This document shows positions 24,960 to 36,235 of a stretch of DNA of 64,000 bases, in pieces; positions within the stretch are counted from its first letter, which is position 1; each line of letters starts with the position of its first letter. Source of the DNA: Blepharisma stoltei ATCC 30299 (lineage: Eukaryota; Protista; Ciliophora); NCBI GenBank assembly GCA_965603825.1, contig CBFDEM010000015.1:248001-312000 (forward strand). Direction: 5' to 3'. The notes under the pieces are model-generated. The model did no database searches. It was not told the DNA's origin and saw only the letters and a list, made by a program, of their open reading frames with translations. A program made the position numbers and the translations under genes.

Positions 24960-26474
24960 ATGGGATGTTGTGCGTCTAGACCTCCTGAAAAAACAGAGAA
25001 GCGAAAAGTGACATTAAAGCGGTCCGTAGGAAGAAAAAAAACAAAAGCGAGCAAAAAAAGTGATCTAGATAAATCATCAGAAACTCACAAGCGATCTCTT
25101 AGCCGAAGAGTAACTCCTTGTTTAAATAAAGTAGAAAACACACAAGGCAGCATCTTTGATTTTTACCAAAAAGTTAAAAACATCTATAAAGCAAGAAGTG
25201 GAAGCATATGACTTGCCTTAGATAAGAGAACAAACATTCAAAAGGCCATCAAAGAAATCAAGAAAAATACTTTAGAATCCTCCGCTCAAGATCTCTTTTT
25301 AGAAGAAGTAGAAAAGCTGAAAGAGCTTGTAAGCTTTATATAGGATCATCCTAATATTGTAAAATTTCATGAATTAGTCATTTCAAGTGACACTTTTTAT
25401 CTTGTATTTGAATTCATGGCTGGAGAAAATTTATTTAAAAGATTAAAGCGTAAATATATAAATGAGCAACTTGCAGCAAATTATACAAAAAATTTATTAG
25501 AAGGTTTGGAATATTGCCATAATATAGGAATTCTTCATAGAAATATTAGTTTAGAAAATATGCTATTTGTCTCGAAGAAGGAAGATACGTCAATCAAATT
25601 GAATGATTTTGGCTTTACTTGGAGGAAGAATATGAAGCAAACGCAAAGTAATGAATTTACTAAAGATGAGTCGGAGCTAAAATATTTGGCACCAGAAACC
25701 TTTGAAGGGATATATAATGATAAAAGCGATATCTGGAGCCTTGGAATTGCGCTATATGTCATGCTTATTGGCCGATTTCCTTTTAATACTGCAATGGATG
25801 TTAAAAGAGGGATTGATTGGAGTAATGATATGTTTCTAATTTATTCAGCTGAAATGAAAGACTTTCTCAGCAAAATGCTCGCGCCTGACTATAAAGAGCG
25901 ATTTTCTGCAATTGAAGCTCTAAACCATCCATGACTCCAAATTGTTTATCCTTCTCCTCAAAATCTTTTAAACGAGCAAACTGTGGCAATTATTTCAAAA
26001 TTTTTAACAAGAAATAAAATAGAGCAATATTTACTTACCTACGTTGCTTCTTTATATTCGGATTTCAACGAAGAAAAGCGGCATATCAAGCTTTTTAAAT
26101 TTCTAGACAAAAATTATGATGGCTTAGTTGACAAGCAAGAGCTCAAGGAAATTTGAAAAGGAAAAATATTTGAAGATCCTCAAGAAATGGAGGAGATATT
26201 ATTAGGGATTGATATGGAAGAGGATTATAGCTTTAGCTTCACTATGTTCATGGCAGCCCTAGCTGACTGGAATTCAGCTGCCTCTCGAAATAAATTAGAA
26301 AGTGCTCTAAAAAGTTTATCACAAAATAATACAAGAAGGATTGATGTAAATTATATTAAAAGAAAAATACCAGCAGCGGATAATAAAGAATGGGAACAGT
26401 TTTATAGGATCGTTGGTAACGTTGAAGGTTCATTTGTTAATATTGATCAGTTAAAAGAAGTTTTGCTAAAATAA
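24960..26474 (+). CDS. CDPK-like kinase with EF-hands, probable pseudokinase (HRN for HRD)
   Basis: MGCC N-terminus. KAIK, DHPNIV, LHRNISLEN, DFG, YLAPE, SDIWSLG, ALNHP(W=TGA) and EF-hand DKNYDGLVDKQE. Intron at 25329-25343. Confidence 0.85.
25329..25343 (+). other. 15-nt intron GTAAGCTTTATATAG
   Basis: Removal restores KEL|DHPNIV. In-frame TAG if retained. Confidence 0.9.
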
Positions 26475-27045
26475 GTAAATATTAGCTTAATTGAGTACTA
26501 GCTAATGAAATCTTTAAAAGCCAATTAATTTTAGTACAAAAAACTTAGTTACATTTTATTAATTAATAGCTCCATTATATGAAAATTAAAATCTTAACAT
26601 AGCTCTAATTATTTTCAGAAAATATAAGTCCACAAATATAACGAAATTTTATGCCCACGCTATTAGAATAAATTTATTCATTAAAATTAGAATAATATTT
26701 GAATATTTATTTAAAAACAGTTTTAAGAGATTTTATCACTAGTTTATTTTATAATTTATGGTTTATTTGATATAGAACGAATAATTTAATTTTATATTAA
26801 ACATTACCTAATAAAACAGTATTGTTTTTGTTGAATAAGAGAAAAGCAGATATTTTTAATTATATGAATAAAATCACAATATACTCTGCTAAATTATTGC
26901 TTCTTTTATTAGTGTATTAACTGATAATTATGAATAGCGTAGCTAAAATAAATATCATAAATATCATAAATGCTGTAAATTATTTATTTCTTATTTATTG
27001 CTTATTTATAAGGTAAAACGGACATAGGCTAATAAAGTGAAAAAA

Positions 27046-28635
27046 ATGGGTTGCTGTGACTCTAAAGGTGACTATGCTGAGGATACAAAATTAGCCTCTA
27101 CTACCCAAAAATCGCCAAATAATAAGAAAGCAGAAAGAACGCGTAAGCCTCGTAGAACAAATTTGAGAACTCCTGGATCGACAAGAAAGACAACCTTTAA
27201 AGCAGAGCCTGCCCTAGAAATTAATCGAGGAGATTATATACAAGTCAATGAAGGAGAAATTGAAGAGAAATATCAAATAAAAAAGGTTATCCATAATGGT
27301 AAATTTGGCGATGTCTGACTTGCAATACTTGTAAATGGAGGATTTAAAAGGGTGATTTCTGAAATCGATTTAGCAACCCTTGGCAAAAAAAGAAATGAAG
27401 CAGTATTAAAAGAGCTAGAAAAATTAAAAGAATTGGTAAAAGATATATAGGATCATCCAAATATCATAAAAGTTTACGAATTCATAAAGCACTTTAATGC
27501 AGTTTACATAGTTACAGAATATCTTGATGGAGACAGCCTAGAAATGAAAATCCAGCACGGTCATTTTATTGAAGAAGACAAGGCAAGAACTTGCATAAAA
27601 ACAATTTTGAGTACTTTGAATTATTGCCATAATAAAGGAATAGTTCATGGGAACCTGACTCCGACAAATATACTATTTGATGGAAAAAATAAAAACTCAG
27701 TACTCAAACTTAACGACTTTGGGTTTTCATGGAATAAAATTTCAAAATCAAGCAAATTAAATTCAGTATTTTCTATATAGATGCATTACGCAGCTCCTGA
27801 AATTTTGCAAGGTAAAGCCAATAGCCCTTCAAGCGACATTTGAAGTCTTGGAGTTATTTTATATATGATGCTAACAAAAGCTCTACCATTTACTGCAGAA
27901 AACACAGAAAAGCTAATTGATAGAATTCAGAAGGGATTTAATTTGGAAGAGTATCTGTTTTTCAGTAACTCAAAAGAAGTCCAAGACTTATTGATAAAAA
28001 TGCTTACACTAGACCCTCAGCAGCGAATTTCTACATCAGATGCGCTTAATCATCCTTGGATCACGCTAAAAGATGATCAACTTCCTACTATAAAATTGAC
28101 TAAAGAGTCAATGGCATGGTTTTCTCATTTTCATGTAATTTTTATACAGTCTAAAAATAGAATCCAAAAAATAATGCTATCGTCATGTATAAGTCAAGTA
28201 TCAGATTTATCTGATGAAATGGAGCTGAGAACTTTATTTGAAGCTCTTGATAAGGATCATAGCGGAACGATCCAGATTAAAGAGTGCATTGATGGATATA
28301 AACTATTTGGCTTTGATGATCCAAACGAAATAAAAGAAATTTTCCAAAAATTTAATCTTAACGAGAATGAGGAAATGAATTTTTCAATTTTTCTCGCAGG
28401 CTTTACTAACTGAAATTCTCCTGAAGAAATTAAAAAGTTAGAAAAAATGTTCCAAGTATATGATTTAGATAATAGTGGAAGTTTGAGTTTTAAGGAACTG
28501 GTTAAAGCAATACCAGGAGTCCAAGAAAATGAAATGAGGGAGTATTTCAAGTTAGCAGATTTAAACAAGAATCGAAAAATCGAAATTCAAGAATTTGTCT
28601 GCTCATTGACAAGAGCATTCAATACCAAAGCCTAA
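27046..28635 (+). CDS. CDPK-like kinase with EF-hands, probable pseudokinase (HGN for HRD, no VAIK Lys)
   Basis: MGCC N-terminus. GKFGDV(W), RVISE, DHPNII, VHGNLTPTN, DFG, YAAPE, SDI(W=TGA)SLG. EF-hands DKDHSGTIQIKE, DLDNSGSLSFKE and DLNKNRKIEIQE. Three 15-nt introns. Confidence 0.85.
27436..27450 (+). other. 15-nt intron GTAAAAGATATATAG
   Basis: Same position (KEL|DHPN) as the intron in the upstream paralogue. Confidence 0.9.
27766..27780 (+). other. 15-nt intron GTATTTTCTATATAG
   Basis: Removes an in-frame TAG just before MHYAAPE. Confidence 0.88.
28135..28149 (+). other. 15-nt intron GTAATTTTTATACAG (stop-free, would encode VIFIQ)
   Basis: Consensus match. Removal gives FSHFH|SKNRI, aligning without a gap to the paralogue's SKFLTRNKI. 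Confidence 0.75.
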
Positions 28636-29023
28636 TAACATCAGCTATTAAAAATAATATTTTAGCTAAATTTAAAAGAATGCATGGATTGTATTTTTAA
28701 TAGACATAATAATAGTAGCATTTGATATACCCATAAATCTTGCTATTTATTTATACCCCCAGCTGAATTGCTATCATTAAATACATAGAAAATTAAAAGA
28801 TTATGATCTAATAAAAACTATATTAAAAATGCACACATGAAAAAAATCCCAAATTAACAAATGGTATGAAATAGTTATCCAATTTTCTCAGCAAGTAGGA
28901 AAAAAATTTGGAATAATGCATATGAATATGCTATAGATATATTGATCATTGCTGAAGATAATAGTGAGCTAATTATCTGACATATTTTGCTATTTAATAA
29001 TAAAAATAAATATTTCATTTTAT

Positions 29024-29893
29024 CTAATATCCTATCTGCGCCTTCCTTTTTGCCATCGCTCCTACACTTCTCGAACTAATTTTTCTTCTGGCAAACATTC
29101 TTGACCTATCAAGATTCCCTTCCTCGTCAAAATATTTCCCTCTCTTTTCATACTCCAGCGATTGTCTTTCATATCTTTTTCTATCATCTTCATATTTTTG
29201 ATAATACGGCTCTTTTTCTTTTTCACTCGTTTTATGCCATAATTCTCCAAGTTCTATCAAGATATCTCGCCCACTTATTCCTGGATGCTTTTCCATAATT
29301 TCAGGTCTTTTATCTAAGGTCCAAAAAGTATAAGCACTGAGATTTCTCCTTGGAGGAGGGAGCTGGACATCTTGATCTCTATAATGCTCCTTGTGCATTG
29401 GTTTACTAATTTTTTCAGATTTTTTGGCCTGCGCCTCTTCGAACGAGACTTTTCTTTTTGCTTTGGCTTGGACGCTTTGCGATGTTGGACTTCGAGAGAA
29501 AAATTGAGACCTGTCAATATTTCCTTCATCGTCATAATATTTTCCTGTTTCTTCGTATTCTTTTATTTGTCTTTCAAATCTTTCTTTATCCATTTCGTAC
29601 ATTTTTTGATAGGGCTCTCTTTCATCATATGAAGTCTTTCTTCACATTTTTCCGAGTTTTATGAGAATGTCACGGCCACTTATCCCTGGATATTTTTCCA
29701 TGATTTCTGGTCTTCTTTCAAGAGTGTAGAATAGATATGCACTTTTATTTCTTTTGGGAGGGGGCATTTGGAGATTTGGATCACCTTTAAACCATCTATC
29801 AGCAGTAGATTCTTCTTCCTCTTCTTCAGATTCTGTGTCCTCTTTAGGCTCTTCTTTTGGCTCTTTCTTATTTTGTGGTTTTCGGGTGCTCAT
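29024..29893 (-). CDS. Tandem HMG-box protein (289 aa)
   Basis: ATG at 29893 (MSTRKPQ). Two boxes: PPPKRNKSAY..LGKM(W=TGA)RK and PPPRRNLSAY..LGELWHK. Confidence 0.9.
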
Positions 29894-30261
29894 TTTTTCT
29901 AATAATTCTGATAAATTACTATTTTTATTGGTGGAAAAGAATTGATTAGAATTAATGATAAAATATTTTGTCGCAGCTTTTAATAGCAAATTAAGTCAGC
30001 TCTGTATAATACTATATTAGAATAATAGATAATATCATAAGAGAAGGCATGAATTGCTTTGTTTGAAGTGATTTAGTGTTTTAGAATTTAATAAAAGCGA
30101 TGAAAGACTGATCTCGATAATTTCAAAAGTTTGCAATTGAAGCAATAGTCTTTATTGTTATTTTCTGTCATTAATTTGGTTTCCTTTGAAGACTTAGCTT
30201 CCTAGATTAAATAATGAAATTCTTATAAGAATTATCCTTATTATAGTTCAAGCATTTATTA

Positions 30262-31305
30262 TTATCCTTTATGAACCTTATCTGCAGCAGGCGGGTAAGC
30301 ATCTAAAATTGCTCTAATTGTTACTTGTCCAATTCCTATAAAAATCACCATTAGAATAGCTTGTGGCAGCAGTACTAAATTTGTCACAGCAGGCCCTGGG
30401 CACATTCCTGTAATACCCCATCCAACTCCAAAAAGAGCAGGTCCAACAATAACTCCTACATCTATATCTTTTCTAGTTGGTACTGACCACTTTTCTATCA
30501 TCAAAGGCTTCGGCTCTCTTAAAACGATATTAAAAGCTATCAAATTTATTCCGACAGCAGCTCCCATAACAAACAATAAACTTGGATCCCATCCATCTTT
30601 TAAAGCTAAGAATCCTAAAATTTTTGTCCTTCTGCACATCCCAGCTAAAACTAGCCCCGACCCAAAAACATTTCCAATTATAAATGAAAAAACAGGCTCG
30701 AATTTATTTTTGATAGGTCTTGAAGATATTGAATAAATAAAGACTGCAAAAAAATAAACCCCATATAAGGTAATAAAGATAAGTTGGGAGACTTTTACTA
30801 TAATTTCAAACATTTTTGGCTCTAAAATAAATTCTTCTCTTTGAAAGGGTTTATTCTGCTTTAAGGTTGCGGTGACAACGCCAAAAAACATGAAAATTAA
30901 AGTAGCGATTATCGAACGAGGTGAAAGCCTTGGAATTCCACAAACTGCATGGCCACTTGTACAGCCATTTCCCCATTGTGTCCCTATTCCTACTAATAGA
31001 GAGCCTATAATCCATTCATTCATTGTAATTCCTAATTCTGCTTCTTTTCCGTCAAAAATTTTAATATTTCATATAGCATCGCCAACAAAATTCTTGAAAA
31101 ATAATACTGCGCTTACTAAACCTAGAAGAAAACTAATTTTCCAAAATAGCCCTTCCCTTGTATTTAATTTTACGACTGTAAAGACCATTCCGCTTATTCC
31201 TGTGACCCTACCCATAAAAAGAAGATTTAGAATAGTTGCAAGAGATATTAAGGACCCGCCAAGCAGAGCAAGTATCACTGCATCTGTATTCCAATCGATT
31301 AACAT
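30262..31305 (-). CDS. YeeE/YedE-family sulfur-compound transporter (two halves fused, 347 aa)
   Basis: [40 protein letters not shown] and [15 protein letters not shown]. One TGA at 31069. Confidence 0.9.
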
Positions 31306-32004
31306 ATTTATTAATCAGTAATAAAATTTGCGGCATTATTTTAATATGAAAATCCTTTTTGATCTAAAAATGCAATTTTTTTCTTATTATTCCTATGCAG
31401 ATATTCAAAATTATTAAATCTAAGATTATGATTAAGAAGACGGGCATATGAAAGATCATACTTATTAGAGAATCTGCAAGCCTAGAATTTTTGTTAGAAT
31501 CTTGCTTTTTATTGTAGACTTCATATTTTTTTAAAGCAAAGTCAGAACAAATTTGACCGATTATAATGAATAGAAGCTCTAAGTAGACCACCTATAATTT
31601 AGAGCTAAATCCAAGTCATCCCCAACTTCTTTTCCATCAAATTTTTTTGGCTCTTTTTTATTTCATGTAAAAATTGTAAAAAGAATCTTTTCCCATTATT
31701 TTAAGAATTATAAATATGATTATTTTAATTATGGAAAGTTAAATGAAATACTGTACAGTAATGCTATTTGAGTGCATTAAAAGAGTGGAGATAAATGCCT
31801 TTTATCAATGAGATAATGACATAAGTTGAAGGGGAGTTATTTAAAACAAAGTTTTTAATCTTTGTATACAAAATTAAAGATTGTAAGAGATTTTAGTAAT
31901 CAATAATATGAAATGCTTTAAGAGCTTAACAATATATCTTGCTAATGCGATATTAGGATTTTATTATGAATTATTTTAAGCCGTTTATAATCACCTAATT
32001 ATCG

Positions 32005-32589
32005 TTATATAATTTTTTTTGCATTTTTGGTATAAAATCCAGCAGGAGCAAGTCTATCTGAGCTTTGTGATATGATTTCGTCATCAATGTCTTCTTTGTC
32101 TTCATAATGAATAACAAGCATCGGGTATTCATCTCCATAGTCAATTTTCATTTTTACTTCCCCTGAGCATCATTCTCCAGCTTCATTTAAGACATCGACC
32201 TTCATTCCAGGCTTCGCTTTTTTTAATTTGCTTAAATTTTTCCAGTTTTTTAATTCAATTTCTCTTTTATATCAATTTTCCAATTCTTCTGGGTCCAGAT
32301 TTGCTTTTGTCGCTTGGTCGAACTGGAAGCATGGGTAAAGTGAGCTTTTAGTGATTTCTTTTCTACACACAGGGCAATCCTAAGTAAAAATTACAGATTT
32401 GTACAAGAGATGATTTAGGATGCAAAACTCGCAAAAAGTATGACCACAAGATGTAAGTGAAGCTGAAACAATACTTTCATGGCATATTGGGCACTCCGAA
32501 AGGGTTTTGATTTTCTTTGTTGGAGGCTGAACTTCAGACTTGCCTCGTGATCTTTTGCAGCAAAAGAAAGATCCTAAATTCTTCAGCAT
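32005..32589 (-). CDS. C3HC4 RING finger plus C-terminal Tudor/MBT-like barrel (189 aa)
   Basis: CPICHE..SCGHTFCEFC..[intron 32380-32394]..DCPVCR, followed by PGMKVDVLNEAGE(W)CSGEV..LVIHYED..DEII..SDRLAPAGFYT. TAA at 32005. Confidence 0.82.
32380..32394 (-). other. 15-nt intron GTAATTTTTACTTAG
   Basis: Removal completes the RING domain (last CxxC pair). Confidence 0.9.
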
Positions 32590-32710
32590 AAATTAATATG
32601 GTTGTTATATAAATAGGGGGTTTGGGAGATTAATCCATTGCTATCAAGCTAGGACCAATTCACTTTCAAAAAGCAATAATTTATATAAAATTGAAAAAAT
32701 TAGAATAATA

Positions 32711-33600
32711 ATGATGGATTGTGAAAATGAAATTAAAATACCAAGGATAAGAATAGGTCAAAAGAATAGCAATTTGATCAATGTAACAGCAGAGATCTTT
32801 TTAATGTAAGAAAGAATTAAAACAGTAATTTGCAACTCATAGAATTTAATATAAAAGCACACAGCAACTTAAATATGTCCCACTAACTTTTAAGCTAATC
32901 ATGCTTGACTATGTGCAACTTTTAGATTCTAAACTTTTAATATGAAAATTCATATATCCAAGAGAGGCATTCAGCTTGCATACTTGATCTCGAAGCTATA
33001 TATATAAAAGAAAATAACCTGGCTTGAGGACTCTTCTCCAAAATCAGTTTCTATCAAGACTCAGTCTATTTTTTTGGATCAAACTTCTTCTTAGCGTCTT
33101 TAATTGCTATTCTTCATACAAGAAGCTTGATTTGAATTTAATGAAATGATGTGCATGGCCTAAAAGCTCTGAAATACTTTCTCGTTCTGAGACACCCTAT
33201 TTAAGAAAACATTTTGATTGCAGATATCCATATCTGGCAATTTAATACACTTATAGAATCCAATTCTTTGCTGGTAGACATTATTTTAAAATTTAGAAAT
33301 GCTAAAACTTTAGCACCGTGCAAACATAAGAGTTTATGTTTTATAAAAGTCAGGGACATATCTTCTTTAAAGGAAGCTGAAATACCTTAAAAGCTACTTT
33401 TAACAGCGTAAATCTTTTAAAGCTCAATTAAGAAAGCATTTTCAAATTGGAAAGGGGACTGCTAGCAAGTTGGCATTAGCATATTAGTATAAAGCATGAA
33501 TTTTTAATTCTTAAGATAATATGCAATCTTATTATAATAGCGAAAGTGTTTATTTAGTCTCATGCATTGAAAAAGATAATTCTCAAAAAAGCTATATTAA
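32711..33600 (+). pseudogene. Degraded tandem copy of the 33859-34746 gene
   Basis: Colinear nucleotide matches (caacttaaatat, tatgaaaattcatat, tcagcttgcata, gatttgaattt.atgaaatga, tatctggca, gagtttatgttt) with indels and TAA/TAG stops. Ends are approximate. Confidence 0.75.
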
Positions 33601-33697
33601 TATTTTCGCTTTGATTTAGAGAAAAAAATCTAGAGAAAATTGAAGAAATGATTTTAGAACAATTTAAATTCTAAATCTTAATCCATTAATGCTACGA

Positions 33698-33730
33698 TAA
33701 GGCTAGTATCCAAAGTTTAAGGCTAGTATC
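33698..33730. repeat. 13-bp direct repeat TAAGGCTAGTATC x2, period 20
   Basis: Exact copies at 33698-33710 and 33718-33730. Confidence 0.8.
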
Positions 33731-33858
33731 AAATTATAAATATTATTTAATTCAATTTATATTTAATTATCTAATTCCGGGCTATCAATCTGCTTAAATT
33801 CGACTTTCATATTTAAAGAAATAAATGATAAAAATTGTAAGATTTAGAAATAATAGTA

Positions 33859-34746
33859 ATGGATTTTGGAAATAACACTCTGAGCATAAAACTATACCAA
33901 AAAAATTTAGAGCCCCAGTGTTGTTGCAGTAAAACTCTTTTCACGATAAGGAAGCTCTGAAATGGCAGTTTAGAACTAATGGAGTTGGATACGGAAACAA
34001 GCCAACTTAAATATACACCTACTAATTTTAAAATAGACCCACTTAGATTGTATGACTCTTTGCCGATTTTAAACTCAAAGCTACTGATATATGAAAATTC
34101 ATATCGCCAAGGAAGTAGCTCAGCTTGCATATTTAATCTTCAGAGTTATGCTATAGAAAATAAAATCAATTGGATCGAAGGTTTTACTCAAAAACCAGCT
34201 TTCTATGAAGGCTGACTTTATTTTTTTGGTTCGAAATTTTCATTTGTTAATAATTGCTATTTACCTTTTTACAAAAAGTTGGATTTGAATTTGATGAAAT
34301 GAAGTGTTTTACTAGAAAATCCTGCTCAACACTCCCAATTTGACAGTATACAGTTTAATAATTCAATTTTAATTCTAGAAAAAAAAGATACCTGTATCTG
34401 GCAGTTTGATATGTTTATTGAATCTTATTCTCTTCTCTTTAAGACTACTGTAATTAGAAGTGTTTTTGGTAATACTTTGGCAACTGGCAATATGCGAGTT
34501 TATGTTTTTGAAGGTCAAGGTAGTATATATGAAAGCGATATTGGAAATCAATATACATTAAAAATTATTGGAGTGTGTAAAATAGATATATTTGATTATG
34601 TTTACAAGACAAATGATGACCAAAATATTTTTTTGGCATCAGTTATAAATATAGAAAAAGATGTATGGCTATATTCGTATTTTCGCTTTAATTTGGAGAA
34701 TAAAAGTATAACAAAGGTTAGAGAAGTTGAATTAGATGAATTTTAA
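33859..34746 (+). CDS. Hypothetical beta-rich protein, possibly a degenerate kelch-like propeller (295 aa)
   Basis: Single frame from ATG 33859 to TAA through three TGA codons. Kelch-like fragments FYEGWLYFFGS and KLDLNLMKW. Confidence 0.65.
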
Positions 34747-35218
34747 TTAGAAAATTCATAAAACATATGTAATCTTAATCTATCTTTATATTATTAAAGA
34801 AAACCATTTTGATTCTACAACAAGTAAAAATCAGAAGGTGAATTCGATAATTTTTGAATTTAAGAATAAATGCATAAATTCCGCGGATAAAGTTTTAAAA
34901 TAAAGCGGGATTGCAGTGTCTTATTAATTTTAATTCCTTTTTCAAGACTGTTTTAATTAGTCATAAATTTGAGCTCCAAAAGCCTAATTTAAAACCTGAG
35001 GCTCATTATAAGCAGCCAAAAGGCATTTTATTAGTTATGCATAGAGAGTTTTGCAAACTATTTTTTCTATATTTGGAGATCAGATGTTAAAGAATACCCA
35101 TAAAATAAGTGCATTATATGAGAATTAATATTCATGTTTTGTTAATTTATTTCTATAGTTTATGGGGTAGAACACTAAACTATTTAAATAAGCTTTATAA
35201 AATATTTAATTAGAAAAT

Positions 35219-36112
35219 ATGGATGAGATCAGCATATTTTCAAAAGCTCCGGCAAATTCAGCAAAAAGCTCAGATTTATCCCAAATAAATCATATGGTTG
35301 AACTATTTCAAAATTCTTTGCACCAACAAAAAGTGCATATCGCTTATGAAGTTCGTGCAGTTCTTTTTGAAGAGCTCTCATCTTCATTCCAAAATAACTT
35401 CTCTTCAGCACTAGAAAATATAAATCAATCTAATAAAGCTTCTTTAATGACTTTAGAAAGAAAAATCGACGAAAAACTTAAAAATCTTGAAGAAAGGCTT
35501 AGCAAGTTAGAATGCGAAAATTGATATATTAAACAATTTCAGACTAAAATAGAAGAAAATTTTGATAAGCAAGATCAGAAAGTCCAAGAATTATCTATGA
35601 ATTGAAGCAGCATGATCCAGACAATGTGAAAAATAAATGAAGATAATAAAAAATTAGAAGAAATGCAAGAGAAATTAAATGAAAACCTTATTGCTATTCA
35701 CAGAGATTTGAGAACTTTAAAAGAAACAGTAAAAATGAAAAAAGATAATACAGATGATATTAAAGAGATGCAAAAAGAAGTCTATACGCTAAAAGTGGAA
35801 GTGTTTAATAAATTTTTGATAGAAAACGAAAAAAATTATGAAAAATTTATGAAAATTGGAACTGATTTTGATTCGATTAAAGCAAAAATAGGGACAATTG
35901 AAAGAAATAGCAGAGAAAGCGATAATTTATCAGATTCCTTAAAATCTTTAAAAGTAAGAGAAGAAAGCCAGCTAGTTTTAGTTCTGAAGGACCAATTTTC
36001 TGATGATATCAAAAAAATCAATGAAAATATGAGAAATTTAGAGTCGAAAGTGGATGATTTAGAAATTGCTGAGTATAAAAATGCAAAGATTCGGCAAAAA
36101 GTTGGAGTTTAA
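35219..36112 (+). CDS. Coiled-coil protein of unknown function (297 aa)
   Basis: Two same-frame ORFs bridged by three TGA codons. Ends in TAA. Confidence 0.75.
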
Positions 36113-36235
36113 TATATTAATTGAATAAATATCAAAAATACTGCATTTGCTATTTGAAATTCTAACAGTTAAGATAATAATATTTTATAATTTTGAGCTT
36201 ATCACTACAAAATTATTATTATATAAATATATAAT

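Noticed and set aside
31364-31591. 75-aa minus-strand ORF
   Set aside because: Non-ATG start, AT-rich, no motif; at most a decayed remnant.
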